64,000 nucleotides of DNA from Mustelus asterias (lineage: Eukaryota): positions 372,001 to 436,000 of the forward strand of contig NW_027590122.1 of assembly GCF_964213995.1 (NCBI RefSeq). Direction: 5' to 3'. Positions 1 to 11,972 of this stretch are shown here, one piece after another. The position numbers and the translations under genes were made by a program. Within the stretch, counting starts at the first letter, position 1, and every line of letters begins with the position of its first letter. The notes under the pieces are model-generated. The model was not told where the DNA came from. It saw only the letters and a program-made list of their open reading frames with translations, and did not search any database.

Positions 1-225
1 GGCTGATGATTTTCACGTCCTTATGAATCAAGTGACTCTTTTGAGATTTCCATTTTCAAAACCTCTCCTTCCGATATCCACTGAAAGGAGTTTACAAAAA
101 TCATCACTGTCAGCACATGATAGTAATTCAAAACAGACAATTGTAGTTTCTATGGAACATTCTTTAAATCTCCACCCACGCCCCTCACACATACACTCTC
201 TCTCTCTCATTCCATTTAGCATTCT
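1..225 (-). other. Intron 3' end and start of the large exon of a further paralogous ZNF gene lying left of the window
   Basis: Reverse complement aligns by eye with the intron/acceptor regions of the ZNF genes at 14470-14600, 30500-30660 and 35270-35370 (aagaatgttccatagaaac...acagtgatga...tgtaaactcctttcag). Confidence 0.7.
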
Positions 226-535
226 GCGGCACGGTGGCACAGTGGTTAGCACCATCAGCTCCAAGTTCCCCTCCAACTCACACACCATCCTGACTTGTCT
301 GACATCCAGGACTAAGAGAACAGAAATGTTTTCCATATAAATACTGGGAAGTCTGAAGCCATTGTCTTCAGTCCCCACCACAAACTCCACTCCCTGTCGA
401 AGCCGGAACCAGGCTGTTCACAACCATGGTGAAATATTTCACGATGTGGAGATGCCGGCGTTGGACTGGGGTGAACACAGTAAGAGTTTTAACAACACCA
501 GGTTAAAGTCCAACAGGTTTATTTGGTAGCAAATA

Positions 536-572
536 CCAGTAGCTTTCGGAGCGCTGCTCCTTCGTCAGTTGG
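536..572 (-). ncRNA. Minimal type I hammerhead ribozyme motif in the inverted pLTR
   Basis: Reverse complement ccaa-CTGACGA-aggagcagcgctcc-GAAAGCTA-ctgg; one stem I mismatch. Confidence 0.75.
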
Positions 573-3500
573 AGTGGAAATCTGCTGTCAAACAGGGCAC
601 AGAGACACAAAATCAAGTTACAGAATACTGATTAGAATGCGAATCCCTACAGTATTTGCTACCAAATAAACCTGTTGGACTTTAACCTGGTGTTGTTAAA
701 ACTCTTACTGTGTTCACCCCAGTCCAACACCAGCATCTCCACATCATGACTACCATCGACACCGCAAACTGTCGGCTCCAAGTGGAGAGGATCTCCAAGA
801 AGATCGCGCATATCGACACAGACATCAAGTTTCTACAAAGATGCAAGAAAGCAGACAAGATAGTGAAAGGACTACAGATCACGAACACACTCAGGTCAAC
901 CTTTAATACAGACTACGCTGAGAGACTTTGCCGTCGCACCTCTCTCACACTCCTCAAACACCTCATTCACCAGCTCTACAGCAAACGCCGCAGCCTGGAA
1001 ACCAAGATCGAATCCATATTCTCAACTTGCGCTCAGGATGCAGAACAGCTGCGAAACTCTGCCAAGCAGACGAGACAAAGGAACTACACCATCTACATGC
1101 ACACCAAGAACAGGAAACTTGAGAAACTCGGCATCACCACCAGCAGCAACCAAGCCTCCCCCGGTACCACAGCAGAAAACAGTACCACTGCAGGGAAGTC
1201 CATTGTCAACTTGTCGGACTACACCCTTCAGCCAGATGAAATCGAAGTTCTCAGCCGTGGGCTCAACTTTTGCCCCACTACCAAAATAGACCCGATCAGT
1301 CTCGCAGCGGACACAGAGGAATTCATCAGGCGTATGAGGCTGCGGGAGTTCTTCCATCAACCCCAAGAGGCCAACAGCGAACACAATGAGACAGCCAATG
1401 AACCGGAACAGCCGACAGAGAGATCCGCAGTGCAACCGAAGAGGAAAGAGTCGAATTGGACTCCTCCGGAAGGCCGCTGCCCTCGACTTGACATGTATGC
1501 CCAAGCGATCAGGAGGTGCGTCAACACCAAATTCATCAGCCGCACTCACAAGACAGCACTGAACATCAGCCAAGCACAACGTAACGCCATCCACGCTCTC
1601 AAGACCAAACGCAACATTGTCACCAAACCAGCAGACAAAGGAGGGGCCATCGTCATATTGAACAGAACGGATTACTGCAAAGAAGTGTACCGACAACGGA
1701 ACAACGAGGAACACTACAGACAGGTACCTGCAGATCCGAACAAAGAACACACCTGTCAACTCAACACTCTGATCAAGACCTTTGATCCGGACCTTCAGAG
1801 CACCCTCCGTGCTCTCATCCCACGTACTCCACGCGTTGGAGATCTCTACTGCCTCCCAAAGATACACAAGGCAAATACACACGGCCGTCCCATCGTATCG
1901 GGCAATGGGACCCTGTGCGAGAACCTCTCCGGCTATGTCGAGGACATCTTGAAACCCATTGTACAAAGAACCCCCAGCGTTTGTCGTGACACTACGGACT
2001 TCCGACAGAAACTCAGCACACATGGAGCAGTTGAACCAGGAGCACCCCTCGTCACAATGAATGTCTCGGCACTCTACACCAGCATCCCCACGATGATGAC
2101 ATTGCTGCAACTGCCTCAGTACTCAACGCCGTCAACTGCCAGTTTCCAGATGCGATTTTACAACTCATCCGCTTCATCCTGGACCACAATGTCTTCAGCT
2201 TCAACAACCAGTTCTTCATCCAGACACACGGAACAGCCATAGGAACCAAATTCGCACCTCAATATGCCAACATCTTCATGCACACGTTCGAACAAGACTT
2301 CTTCACCGCACAGGACCTTCAGCCGATGCTATACACTCGATACATCGATGACATTTTCTTCCTTTGGAGTCATGGTGAGCAATCACCGAAACAACTATAT
2401 GATGACATCAACAAGTTCCATCCCACCATCAGGCTCACCATAGACTACTCTCCGGAATCGGTTGCATTCTTGGACACACGCATCTCCATTAAGGACGGTC
2501 ACCTCAGCACCTCACTGTACTGCAAGCCCACGGATAACCTCACGATGCTCCACTTCTCCAGCTTCCACCTGAAACACGTTAAAGAAGCCATCCCCTACGG
2601 ACAAGCCCTCCGTATACACAGGATCTGCTCGGATGAGGAGGATCGCAACAGACACCGCCAGACGCTGAAAGATCCCCTCCTAAGAACAGGACATGGCGCT
2701 CGACTCATCGATCAACAGTTCTGACGCGCCCCAGCGGAAAACTGCACCGACCTCCTCAGAAGACAAACATGGGACACGGTGGCCAGAGTACCCTTCGTCG
2801 TCCAGTACTTCCCCGGAGTGGAGAAGCTACGGCATCTCCTGCGGAGCCTTCAACATGCCATTGATGAAGACAAACATCTCGCCAAGGCCAGCCCCACACC
2901 CCCACTTCTTGCCTTCAAACAACAGCGCAACCTCAAACAGACCATTGTCCGCAGCAAACTACCCAGCCTTCAGGAGAACAGTGACCACGACACCAATCAA
3001 CCCTGCCACAACAACCTCTGCAAGACGTGCCAGATCATCGACACGGATGCCATCATCTCATATTAGAACACCATCTACCAGGTCCACGGTACCTACTCTT
3101 GCAACTCAGCCAACGTTGTCTACATGATACGCTGCAGGAAAGGATGTCCCGAGGCATGGTACATTGGGGAAACCATGCAGACACTACGACAACAGATGAA
3201 TGAACACCGCTCGACAATCACCAGGCAAGACTGTTCTCTTCCTGTGGGGGAGCACTTCAGCAGTCACGGGCATTCAGCCTCTGATCTTCAGGTAAGCGTT
3301 CTCCAAGGCGGCCTTCACAACACACGACAGCGCAGAGTCGCTGAGCAGAAACTGATAGCCAAGTTCCGCACACATGAGGATGGTCTAAACCGGGATGTTG
3401 GATTTCTGTCACATTATCACTAACCCCACAGCTTGCCTCCTGCACTTGCGGGCTATGCTGTCTGGAGACAATACACATCTCTTTAACCTGTGCTTAATGC

Positions 3501-3621
3501 TCCCTCCAACCACATTGTCTATATCTTTAGGATCTGGTTGGCTGTAGGGATTCGCATTCTAACCAGTATTCTGTAACTTGATTTTGCGTCTCTTTGCCCT
3601 GTTTGAGAGCACATTTCCACT

Positions 3622-3658
3622 CCATCTGACGAAGGAGCAGTGCTCCGAAAGCTAATGG
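3622..3658 (+). ncRNA. Minimal type I hammerhead ribozyme in the 3' pLTR
   Basis: ccat-CTGACGA-a-ggagc-agt-gctcc-GAAA-GC-TA-atgg: CUGANGA and GAAA cores, stem I ccat/atgg, stem II ggagc/gctcc, palindromic AGCU stem III, UA cleavage site. Confidence 0.85.
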
Positions 3659-3789
3659 TATTTGCTACCAAATAAACCTGTTGGACTTTAACCTGGTGTT
3701 GTTAAAACTCTTACTGAAATATTTCACTCCAGGGTGGGCTTCCAGCCACATCATCATCAAGACTGCCCATTTCCACCTCAGTGACATCA

Positions 3790-5975
3790 TCCGACGCCAG
3801 CACCGACGCCTGAGGCAAACCACTGGTCACCGGCTGCCATCCTGAGAAAGACCCCTTTATCCCCACTCTCTGCCTTCTGCCAGCCAATCCTCTATCCATG
3901 CCAGGATTTTACCCTGAACACCATGGGCACTTAACTTATTTAACAGTTTCCTATGCAGCACCTTGTCAAAGGCCTTCTGGAAATCTAAATAAATCAGGTC
4001 TAACTTCATTGTTACCAGATACCATCTAAGGAGATCCATCAAAGATGCCAAAAGATAATACCGGACCAAGCTAGAGTCCCAGGCTCACCACACCAATCCC
4101 TGCTGACTATGGCAAGGTCTGCAAGACATAACAGGCTACAAGATGAAGACATGTAAAATCGCTGGCTCCAACGCTCCTCTCCCTGATGAGCTTAATGCAT
4201 TCGTTTTGAGCAAGAGGTCAGCGAGAGCATGCTCTCCACCCTGGAAGCCCTGGATGAACCTGTATCTGGGGTCTCCATTGCAGATGTCAGAACAGCTTTC
4301 TTGAAGGTCAACCCACAGAAAGCAACTGGCCCGGATGGGATACCCGGACGTGCACTCAGATCCTGTGCGGATTAGCTGGCAGAGGTATTCACAGACATTT
4401 TCAACCTCTCTTTACAACAATCTGAGGTCCCTATCTGCTTCAAGAAGACGACCATCATCCCGGTACCTAAGAAAAACCAAGCAGCGTGCCTTAATGACTA
4501 TCGGCCGGTGGATCTGACATCCATCATTATGAAGTGCTTTGAAAGGTTACTCATGGTACGAATCAATTCCAGCCTCCCAGACTATCTGGATCCACTACAG
4601 TTTGCCTACTGCCGCAACAGGTCCACAGCAGACGCCATTTCCCTGGCCCTGTACTCAACCCTGGAACACCTAACAAGGACACTGATGTCAGACTCCTATT
4701 TGTTGACTACAGCTCAGCCTTCAACACACTTCTTCCCACGAAACTCATCTCCAAACTCCGTGGCCTGGGTCTCGGCAGCTCCCGCAGCAACTGGATCCTG
4801 AACTTCCTAACTCACAGACCACAATCAGTAAGGATAGGTAACAACACCTCCTCCACGATCACCCTCAACACCGGTGCCCCACAAGGCTGTGTTCTCAGCC
4901 CCCTATTATACTCTTATACACCTATGACTGTGCGGCCAAATTCCCCTCCAATTCGATTTTCAAGTTTGCTGACGACACCACAGTACTGGGTCGGATTTCA
5001 AACACTGATGAGACAGAGTACAGGAATGAGATAGAGAATCTGGTGAACTGGTGCGGCAACAATAATCTCTCCCTCAATGTCAACAAAACAAAGGAGATTG
5101 TCATCGACTTCAGGAAGCATAAAGAAGAACATGCCCATGTCTACATCAATGGATACGAAGTAGAAAGTGTCGAGAGCTTCAGGTTTTTAGATGTCCAGAT
5201 CACCAACAACCTGTCCTGGTCCCCCCATGTTGACACTATAGTTACGAAAGCTCACTAACGCCTCTACTTTCTCAGAAGACTAAGGAAATTTGGCATGTCA
5301 GCTACGACTCTCACCAACCTTTACAGATGCACCATAGAAAGCATTCTTTCTGGTTGTATCACAGCTTGGTATGGCTCCTGCTCTGCCCAAGACCGCAAGG
5401 ATCTAGAAAAGGTTCTGAATGTAGCCCAATCCATCATGTGAACCAGCCTCCCATCCATTGACTCTGTCTACACTTCCCGCTGCTTTGGCAAAGCAACCAG
5501 CATAATTAAGGACCCCACGCACCCTGGACATTCTCTCTTCCACCTTCTTCCCTCAGGAAAATGATACAAAAGTCTGTGGTCACGGACCAACCGACTCAAG
5601 AACAGCTTCTTCTCTGCTGCTGTCAGTCTTTTGAATGGACTTACCTTGCATTCAGTTGATCTTTGTCTACACCCTCGCTATGACTGTAACACTACATTCT
5701 GCACTCTCTCCTTTACTTCTCTATGAATGGCATGTTTTCTCTGTATGGCGCACAAGAAACAATACCTATCACTGTATGTTAATACATGTGACAATAATAA
5801 ATCAAATCAAATCAAAACCTCCTCAAAGAACTCGAACAGATTTGTCAGACGTGACCTCCCCTTGACAAAGCCGTGCTGACTCAGTCCTACTTTATCCTGC
5901 ACTTCCAAGCACTCTGCGATCTCAGCTTTAATAATGGACTCGAAAATCTTGGCAATGACCGAAGTCGGGCGAATT
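3790..5975 (-). mobile_element. CR1 LINE RT fragment (3790-4016 and 5817-5975) split by a Rex1/Babar-like insertion
   Basis: LDFQKAFDKV, WQPVTSG on the minus strand; sequence resumes after 5816. Confidence 0.8.
4017..5816 (+). mobile_element. 5'-truncated Rex1/Babar-like non-LTR retrotransposon
   Basis: [51 protein letters not shown]; (aaatc)n 3' tail; possible 3-bp TSD acc. Confidence 0.85.
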
Positions 5976-5980
5976 TGGAA

Positions 5981-6200
5981 CTCTCACCCATTCCACTGTG
6001 ACGTCACACACTCACCCATTCCATTGTGACCTCACACCCTCACCGATTCCATTGTGACCTCACACTCTGACCCATTCCATTGTGACCTCACACTCTCACC
6101 CATTCCTTTGTGACATCACTCCGACCCATTCCATTGTGACGCCACACCCTCACCCATTCCATTGTGACGTCACACTCTCACCCATTCCATTGTGACGTCA
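5981..6200. repeat. 28-bp tandem repeat, 8 units, each ending in a CRE or CRE-like octamer
   Basis: Unit cactctcacccattccattgTGACGTCA; octamers start at 5999, 6027, 6055, 6083, 6111, 6137, 6165, 6193. Confidence 0.9.
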
Positions 6201-6269
6201 GGGCTTCACTCTCCGATCACAATCCCTGCCGGCCTCCCACATGCAGCCTCAATGGCGGCAGTCAGCCCG

Positions 6270-6696
6270 GGTCTAACACTACAAGCTGCCGTTCCATTTG
6301 GTACAAAGGGGGGGACCGGGAAGATCTTTTCCGGGGACTGGGTTTGAACAACATGTTTACAAAGCCTTTCCACCCACCCGCCACATTTATCATTCCCCGC
6401 ACGCCGCCCTCTACCTCGTATCGATCTCGCTTCCAACTTAAAACTGTCCGTCTGTCCGTCGCCATTACCCGCACTGCGCATCCTTCAGGTCCTGCCCCTC
6501 ATTCACTCCGATTGGCTGGAGGACCAGCCGCACCCACTCGGTCGTCCAGCCCCGCCCCTTGATTGGAGGACCCGCTCGGTCCTCCAGCACCGCCCCCTCT
6601 TCCTATTGGTCCGGAGCTGCCGTCAATCAGTGCCCGGGAATTGTGATGTGGAGCATGCGCAGTGTCATTGCTGGCCTTGGCGCTTGCTTGTCCCGG
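6270..6696. promoter_or_regulatory. CpG-rich, probably bidirectional promoter for ZNF genes
   Basis: Three ATTGG (CCAAT) boxes, GC boxes, inverted NRF1-like cactgcgcat (6472) and atgcgcagtg (6655), ZNF143-like gggaattgtg; motif shared with 13740-13790 and 37620-37670. Confidence 0.7.
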
Positions 6697-7942
6697 AACA
6701 AAGAACAAAGAACAGTACAGCACAGGAAACAGGCCATTCGGCCCTCCAAGCCTGTGCCGCTCCTTGGTCCAACTAGACCAATCATTTGTATCCCTCCATT
6801 CCCAGGCTGCTCATGTGACTATCCAGGTAAGTCTTAAACAATGTCAGCGTGCCTGCCTCCACCACCCTACTTGGCAGCGCATTCCAGGCCGCCACCACCC
6901 TCTGTTTAAAAAAACATCCCTCTAATATCTGAGTTATACTTCGCCCCTCTCACATTAAGCCCGTGACCCATCGTGAACGTCACTTCTGATCTGGGAAAAA
7001 GCTTCCCACCGTTCACCCTATCTATCCCCTTCATAATCTTGTAGACCTCTATTAGATCTCCCCTCATTCTCCGTCTTTCCAGAGAGAACAACCCCAGTTT
7101 ACCCAATCTCTCCTCACAGCTAAGACCCTCCATACCAGGCAACATCCTGGTAAACCTTCTCTGCACTCTCTCTAACGCCTCCACGTCCTTCTGGTAGTGC
7201 GGCGACCAGAACTGGACGCAGTACTCCAAATGAGGCCTAACCAGCGTTCTATACAGCTGCATCATCAGAATCCAGCTTTTATACTCTATACCCCGTCCTA
7301 TAAAGGCAAGCATTCCATATGCCTTCTTCACCACCTTCTCCACCTGTGTTGCCACCTTCAAGGATTTGTGGACTTGCACACCTAGGTCCCTCTGTGTTTC
7401 TATACTCCTGATGACTCTGCCATTTATTGTATAACTCCTCCCTTCATTATTTCTTCCAAAATGCATCACTTCGCATTTATCCGGATTAAACTCCATCTGC
7501 CACCTCTCCGCCCAATTTTCCAGCCTATCGATATCCTGGTGTATTGCCCGACAATGCTCTTCGCTATCCGCAAGTCCAGTCATCTTCGTGTCATCCGCAA
7601 ACTTGCTGATTACACCAGTTACACCTTCTTCCAAATCATTTATAAAAATCACAAATAGCAGAGGTCCCAGTATAGAGCCCCGCGGAACACCATTGGTCAC
7701 AGACCTCCAGCCGGAAAAAGACCCTTCGACCACTACCCTCTGTCTCCTATGGCCAAGCCAGTTCTCCACCCATCTAGCCACTTCTCCTTGTATCCCATTA
7801 GCCTTAACCTTCCTAACCAACCTGCCATGTGGGACTTTGTCAAATGCCTTCCTGAAATCCATATAGACGACATTCACGGCCCTTCCTTCATCAACCGTTT
7901 TTGTCACGTCCTCAAAAAACTCCACCAAATTTGTAAGGCACA
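6697..7942 (-). mobile_element. 5'-truncated CR1 LINE inserted into the promoter/first-exon region
   Basis: ORF 6906-~7940 with [27 protein letters not shown]; (aaagaac)n tail at 6697-6715. Confidence 0.9.
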
Positions 7943-8550
7943 GAGAAGCGGAGTCAGCGTTAGGCGGTGGCTGGGAGGATTTGGAAACACTTTGTGGATC
8001 CGCAAACCCTTCAGAATCATTGTCAGCTCCCTGGTTTGCAGCTGCGGGGCTTCTCCCTCCCTCCCTCCCTCCCTCCCGGGAACAGGCCCAGGTTAACGGC
8101 CCCATCCTGGCTCAGCCACTGGAGGATGGTTCACATCAGAGGATGGGGGAGGGGGACAATAAATAAGAGGTTACACTTTGGCCTCAAATCAATGAGGACT
8201 CTCTTCTCTGGGAAGGAAGGAAACCCTGGGAGGTGGGCGGGGAGGATTCACAAACACCCGCTGGAAGCCCCAACACCCCCAGTAAAAAGCTGCAGCTCCC
8301 GAGTTTGCAGCTTTTTCCCGGGAGGGAGTTGGGGAAGTTTTGTGGAGACAATTCCCGGCTGGTTCAGTTAGTGGTTCCTGGAGCTCAGAAACCCTGAGTT
8401 AGAATCCTGAACCCCACAGTGAGTGGTTGTTTTATTAAATACTTTTTATTTATTAATCATCTGTTGAAGAAAATATTAATTTGTTTTGAAAAATCATTTT
8501 ATAGACTTTGTGAAAATACCCATTAAAATAGCAATTCTCCCAATGTATTT

Positions 8551-8879
8551 CATAGAATCCCTACAGTGCTGAAGGAGGTTATTCGGCCCGTCGAGTCTGC
8601 ACCGACAACAATCCCACCTAGGCCCTATTCCCATAACCCCACAGATGTAACCTGCTAATCCCTCTGACCTACTCATCCCAGGATACTAAGGGACAATTTA
8701 GCATAGCCAATGCAACTAACCTGCACATGTTTGGACGATGGGAGGAAGCTGGAGCATCTGAAGAAAACCCACGCCGACATGGGGAGAACGGGCAGACTCC
8801 ACACGGACAGTGAGCCAAGTTGGGAATCGAACCCAGGTCCCTGGAGCTGTGAGGCAGCAGTGCTAACCACTGTGCCGCC
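8551..8879 (-). mobile_element. HE1/V-SINE-type tRNA-derived SINE
   Basis: ggcacagtggttagcac A box, ggttcgattcc B box, V-domain, CR1-like tail. Confidence 0.85.
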
Positions 8880-9648
8880 TACATTGCTGATGAGAATTTT
8901 AATTTACTGACTTGGGAATTAATTCTCGGGAATAGTCATTCTGAAAATGACCATTAAAATGTGTTTTAATTTACCCCATAATTGCAGATTTCAGTTTGCT
9001 TTTCAAAATTGAATTGTGACTGTCTGGGAGCAAATGGTAAAATGAGGTTTGAGACACCAGCGGCAATTATTTTCTGTGACTGATGATACCCATGTGTCTG
9101 TGCAGGAGGTAATTCCCCTGGTGCTTGGCACAAATAAAATAGAGCCTTTCCTCTGAACAGGCCCATGTTAATGGTCACCGTGGTGTTTCATTGGTGAACA
9201 GAGGAGGAGGATTCACAGACAGGAAACTCAAGCTAAACTTCAGGTCAAGATCTGACAGAGCCATTCGATCCATCATGACCTAAATATGATTGCTTTTGAC
9301 AGTGGCGGGAGAAATCGTTCCCTGTTTTGTCAGTGGAAGAAAATTTCAAAATTCAAAGTGACAGCAAAAGAACTGAAACACACCCAAGTGAGAGTGCTCC
9401 AGTGAACTGACTGTGGATAGAGCTTTAACCAGTTACACAGCCTGAAAAACACCACACCATTCACAGTGGAGAGAAACCATACACATGGTCTGTATGTGGA
9501 TGAGGCTTCAAGTAATCATCCAACCTGGAGAGACAGAATGACACCAGCACCATGGACAAACCGTGGAAATGTGAGGATTGTGGTCAAGGATTCAATTATC
9601 CATCCCGGTTGGAAACCCCATCGACACGGTCACATTGGGGCTGGGAAA

Positions 9649-10227
9649 ATGGAGAAACCATGGAAATGTGATGATTGTGGTAAAGGATTCAATTATCCAT
9701 ACTTGCTGGAAAACCATAGACACAGTCACACTGGAGAGAAGTCATTCATCTGTTCTGTGTGTTGGAAAGGATTCACTACCTCATCCCACCTGCTGTTACA
9801 CCAGCGAATTCACACAGAGGAGAGACCGTTCAGCTGCACTCCCTGTGGAAAGAGGTTCAGGTCTTCATCCAACCTCAGTGCACACAAGCGAGTTCACGCT
9901 GGGGAAAGGCCGTTCACCTGTTCCACATGTGGGAGGGAATTCACCAATTCATCCGGCCTCCTGTCACATCAGCGAATTCACACTGAGGAGAAGCCATTTA
10001 TTTGCTCATACTGTGGAAAGAGTTTCAGGCAGTTATCAATCCTCACTGCACATCAACCGACTCACACTGGGGAGCGACCATTCACTTGTTCCATGTGTGG
10101 GAAGGGATTCACTCAGTCTGGCAGCCTGCATTTACATGAGCTCACCCACACTGGGGAGAGGCCTTTCACCTGCTGTGTGTGTGGGAAGGGATACACTCGG
10201 TCATCCCACTTGCTGACACATCTGTAA
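9649..10227 (+). CDS. C2H2 zinc-finger protein A (6 intact fingers, 7th cut by a stop)
   Basis: MEKPWKC start as in paralogues; TGE(K/R)PF linkers; an in-frame ATG also exists at 9538, so the start is uncertain. Confidence 0.75.
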   Translation: MEKPWKCDDCGKGFNYPYLLENHRHSHTGEKSFICSVCWKGFTTSSHLLLHQRIHTEERPFSCTPCGKRFRSSSNLSAHKRVHAGERPFTCSTCGREFTNSSGLLSHQRIHTEEKPFICSYCGKSFRQLSILTAHQPTHTGERPFTCSMCGKGFTQSGSLHLHELTHTGERPFTCCVCGKGYTRSSHLLTHL

Positions 10228-11635
10228 GTTCACAATTGCCTGCAGGAGTTGGATTTTGCTATTACTGCAGCTGTTAATCACATCCAGGATTGATAGTCTG
10301 ACAATATTTGGTTTGTTTCTGCTGACATTAACAATCGCTACAACTGGCTGAAGTTTAATATTCTGAGATGTCACTGATTTTCAGGGCTGTTGTGTCCCTT
10401 TTTAAAAGCACCATCTGTGATTTTTTTAAAATTCAGCAACTCTCAACAGGAACTTGTTTCTAATCATTTTATGAACTTTTCCTGCAATTTTAAATTGATG
10501 TTTGGTGCAAACTGTACAATTCAGTGTCTGAAAGGTTCCACTGATTAATATTTCCAATTAGAAAATGCTGACAATTCTTACTGACTTGCACATTATTCAC
10601 AGTGACACTTCCACGATCACATTTAATTATCAAGGAACATAAAACAATGCACAGATACTTGTTAGAACTGAACTTGAATATTGCTGAAAGGAGAGACGTG
10701 TTGCTGAATCTCTTCATCATGCACTTATCAGGACAAACAGAAGAATGCCAAATTTCAAATGATCACTATTGGTGGACTCTCATTGACTTGAAACATTACC
10801 ATGCAGAAATCAATAGAAGACTGTAGGTTTCTCAAGCTTCTGGGAAATTCAAAAAAGGTGCAAGGCTTGAAAATTCTCCTTTTGTTTGCAGGGAAAGGAT
10901 CGCTGCGTATAAATGTAAGTTGCTTTTCGCGACTATAACTGAGCCGCATTATGAACTCGATTGATCATCTTCAATTGATTATGAGTGTAGCTATTGGCAC
11001 ACTCAGGATTGTTCAGCAAGTGCTGCCCAATCTGTAATCACAGTAAACATTGTATTTTTGGTTTTGTGAGTGTGGGCTGCTGAAAAAAAACCACTGCCTA
11101 TTCTGACAAATCAAGGAACATGCTGTTTTATTCTATCAGCCACTCACTTGCTCATTTGTGTGGGAGGCTGAATGCCTTTTTGGTGCTGGCAGCTAATTAG
11201 TGGAAAGTATCACTCGTGTAACCACGACATGGTCGCAGAATGAAACAGATTAGTGTTCCCTCTGTATTGTGCAGCCTTGTGATTGTGGTAAAGGCCATCA
11301 TTTTCAGATCTGAAAAGTGCCTGGGTCAAGGTCAAATTACCCCAGAAAGGGAAATTTTCTCTCAAATCTGAAGCAACAGGTGAAGCAAATCATTTCACAC
11401 TGAAACACATCTTCAACGTTGCGGTAGTTTGTTCAGTTACACACTTGGTGACCACGTGACTCTGGTTGCAACATTCCTGAGCCTCATTGGAGGGATTCCT
11501 CACATGAGCCGAGTTTGAGGACAGTATCTCTGGCCTCCAGTGATGCAGCCGCTGAATCTATTCCTGGAAAAAACACATTTGGAATATTGTGATAATGCTG
11601 TCTGAATCCATCAGGACAATTTTGTATTCAAGTGT

Positions 11636-11866
11636 GGGGGGGATAATGTTCACTGTTTTATATTCGGGTCTGGGGGGGATAATGTTCACTGTTTTATATT
11701 CGGGTCTGGGGGATAATGTTCATTGTTTTATATTCGGGTCTGGGGGATAATGTTCACTGTTTTATATTCGGGTCTGGGGGGGATAATGTTCACTGTTTTA
11801 TATTCGGGTCTGGGGGGGATAATGTTCACTGTTTTATATTCGGGTCTGGGGGATAATGTTCACTGT
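11636..11866. repeat. Minisatellite, 34-36-bp unit, ~6.5 copies
   Basis: G5-7-ataatgttcactgttttatattcgggtct repeated; units differ mainly in G-run length. Confidence 0.95.
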
Positions 11867-11914
11867 CTGGGGTTTGTTAGCTCGGGTTGATTCTGCCTAT
11901 GGTGCATTCTCGGT

Positions 11915-11972
11915 AAGAAGTTTAACAACACCAGGTTAAAGTCCAACAGGTTTATTTGGTAGCAAAAGCCAC
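11915..11972 (-). mobile_element. 58-bp Penelope pLTR fragment with 16-bp TSD
   Basis: Matches the pLTR 3' part; atggtgcattctcggt at 11899-11914 and 11973-11988. Confidence 0.9.

Larger units (their letters stand above)
443..3714 (+). mobile_element. Full-length Penelope-like retroelement (Neptune-type; RT + Cys linker + GIY-YIG endonuclease) with inverted 5' pLTR; disabled
   Basis: ORF pieces 746-2090/2278-2724/2779-3066/3124-3423 give KPADKGGA, LPKIHK, RPIVS, YTRYIDD, CHNNLCKTC, YIGET. Frameshift near 2090, stops at 2722 and 3064. Inverted pLTR 443-652, sense pLTR at 652-745 and ~3540-3714. 13-bp TSD tgaaatatttcac at 430-442 and 3715-3727. Confidence 0.95.

Noticed and set aside
1022-2110. 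362-aa antisense ORF
   Set aside because: Shadow of the Penelope ORF; no recognisable domain
5981-6200. CRISPR-like appearance of the 28-bp repeat (also 11636-11866)
   Set aside because: Units are contiguous with no unique spacers, the context is eukaryotic, and there are no cas genes
10690-10760. Possible third hammerhead/pLTR remnant on the minus strand
   Set aside because: Core motifs too degenerate to support
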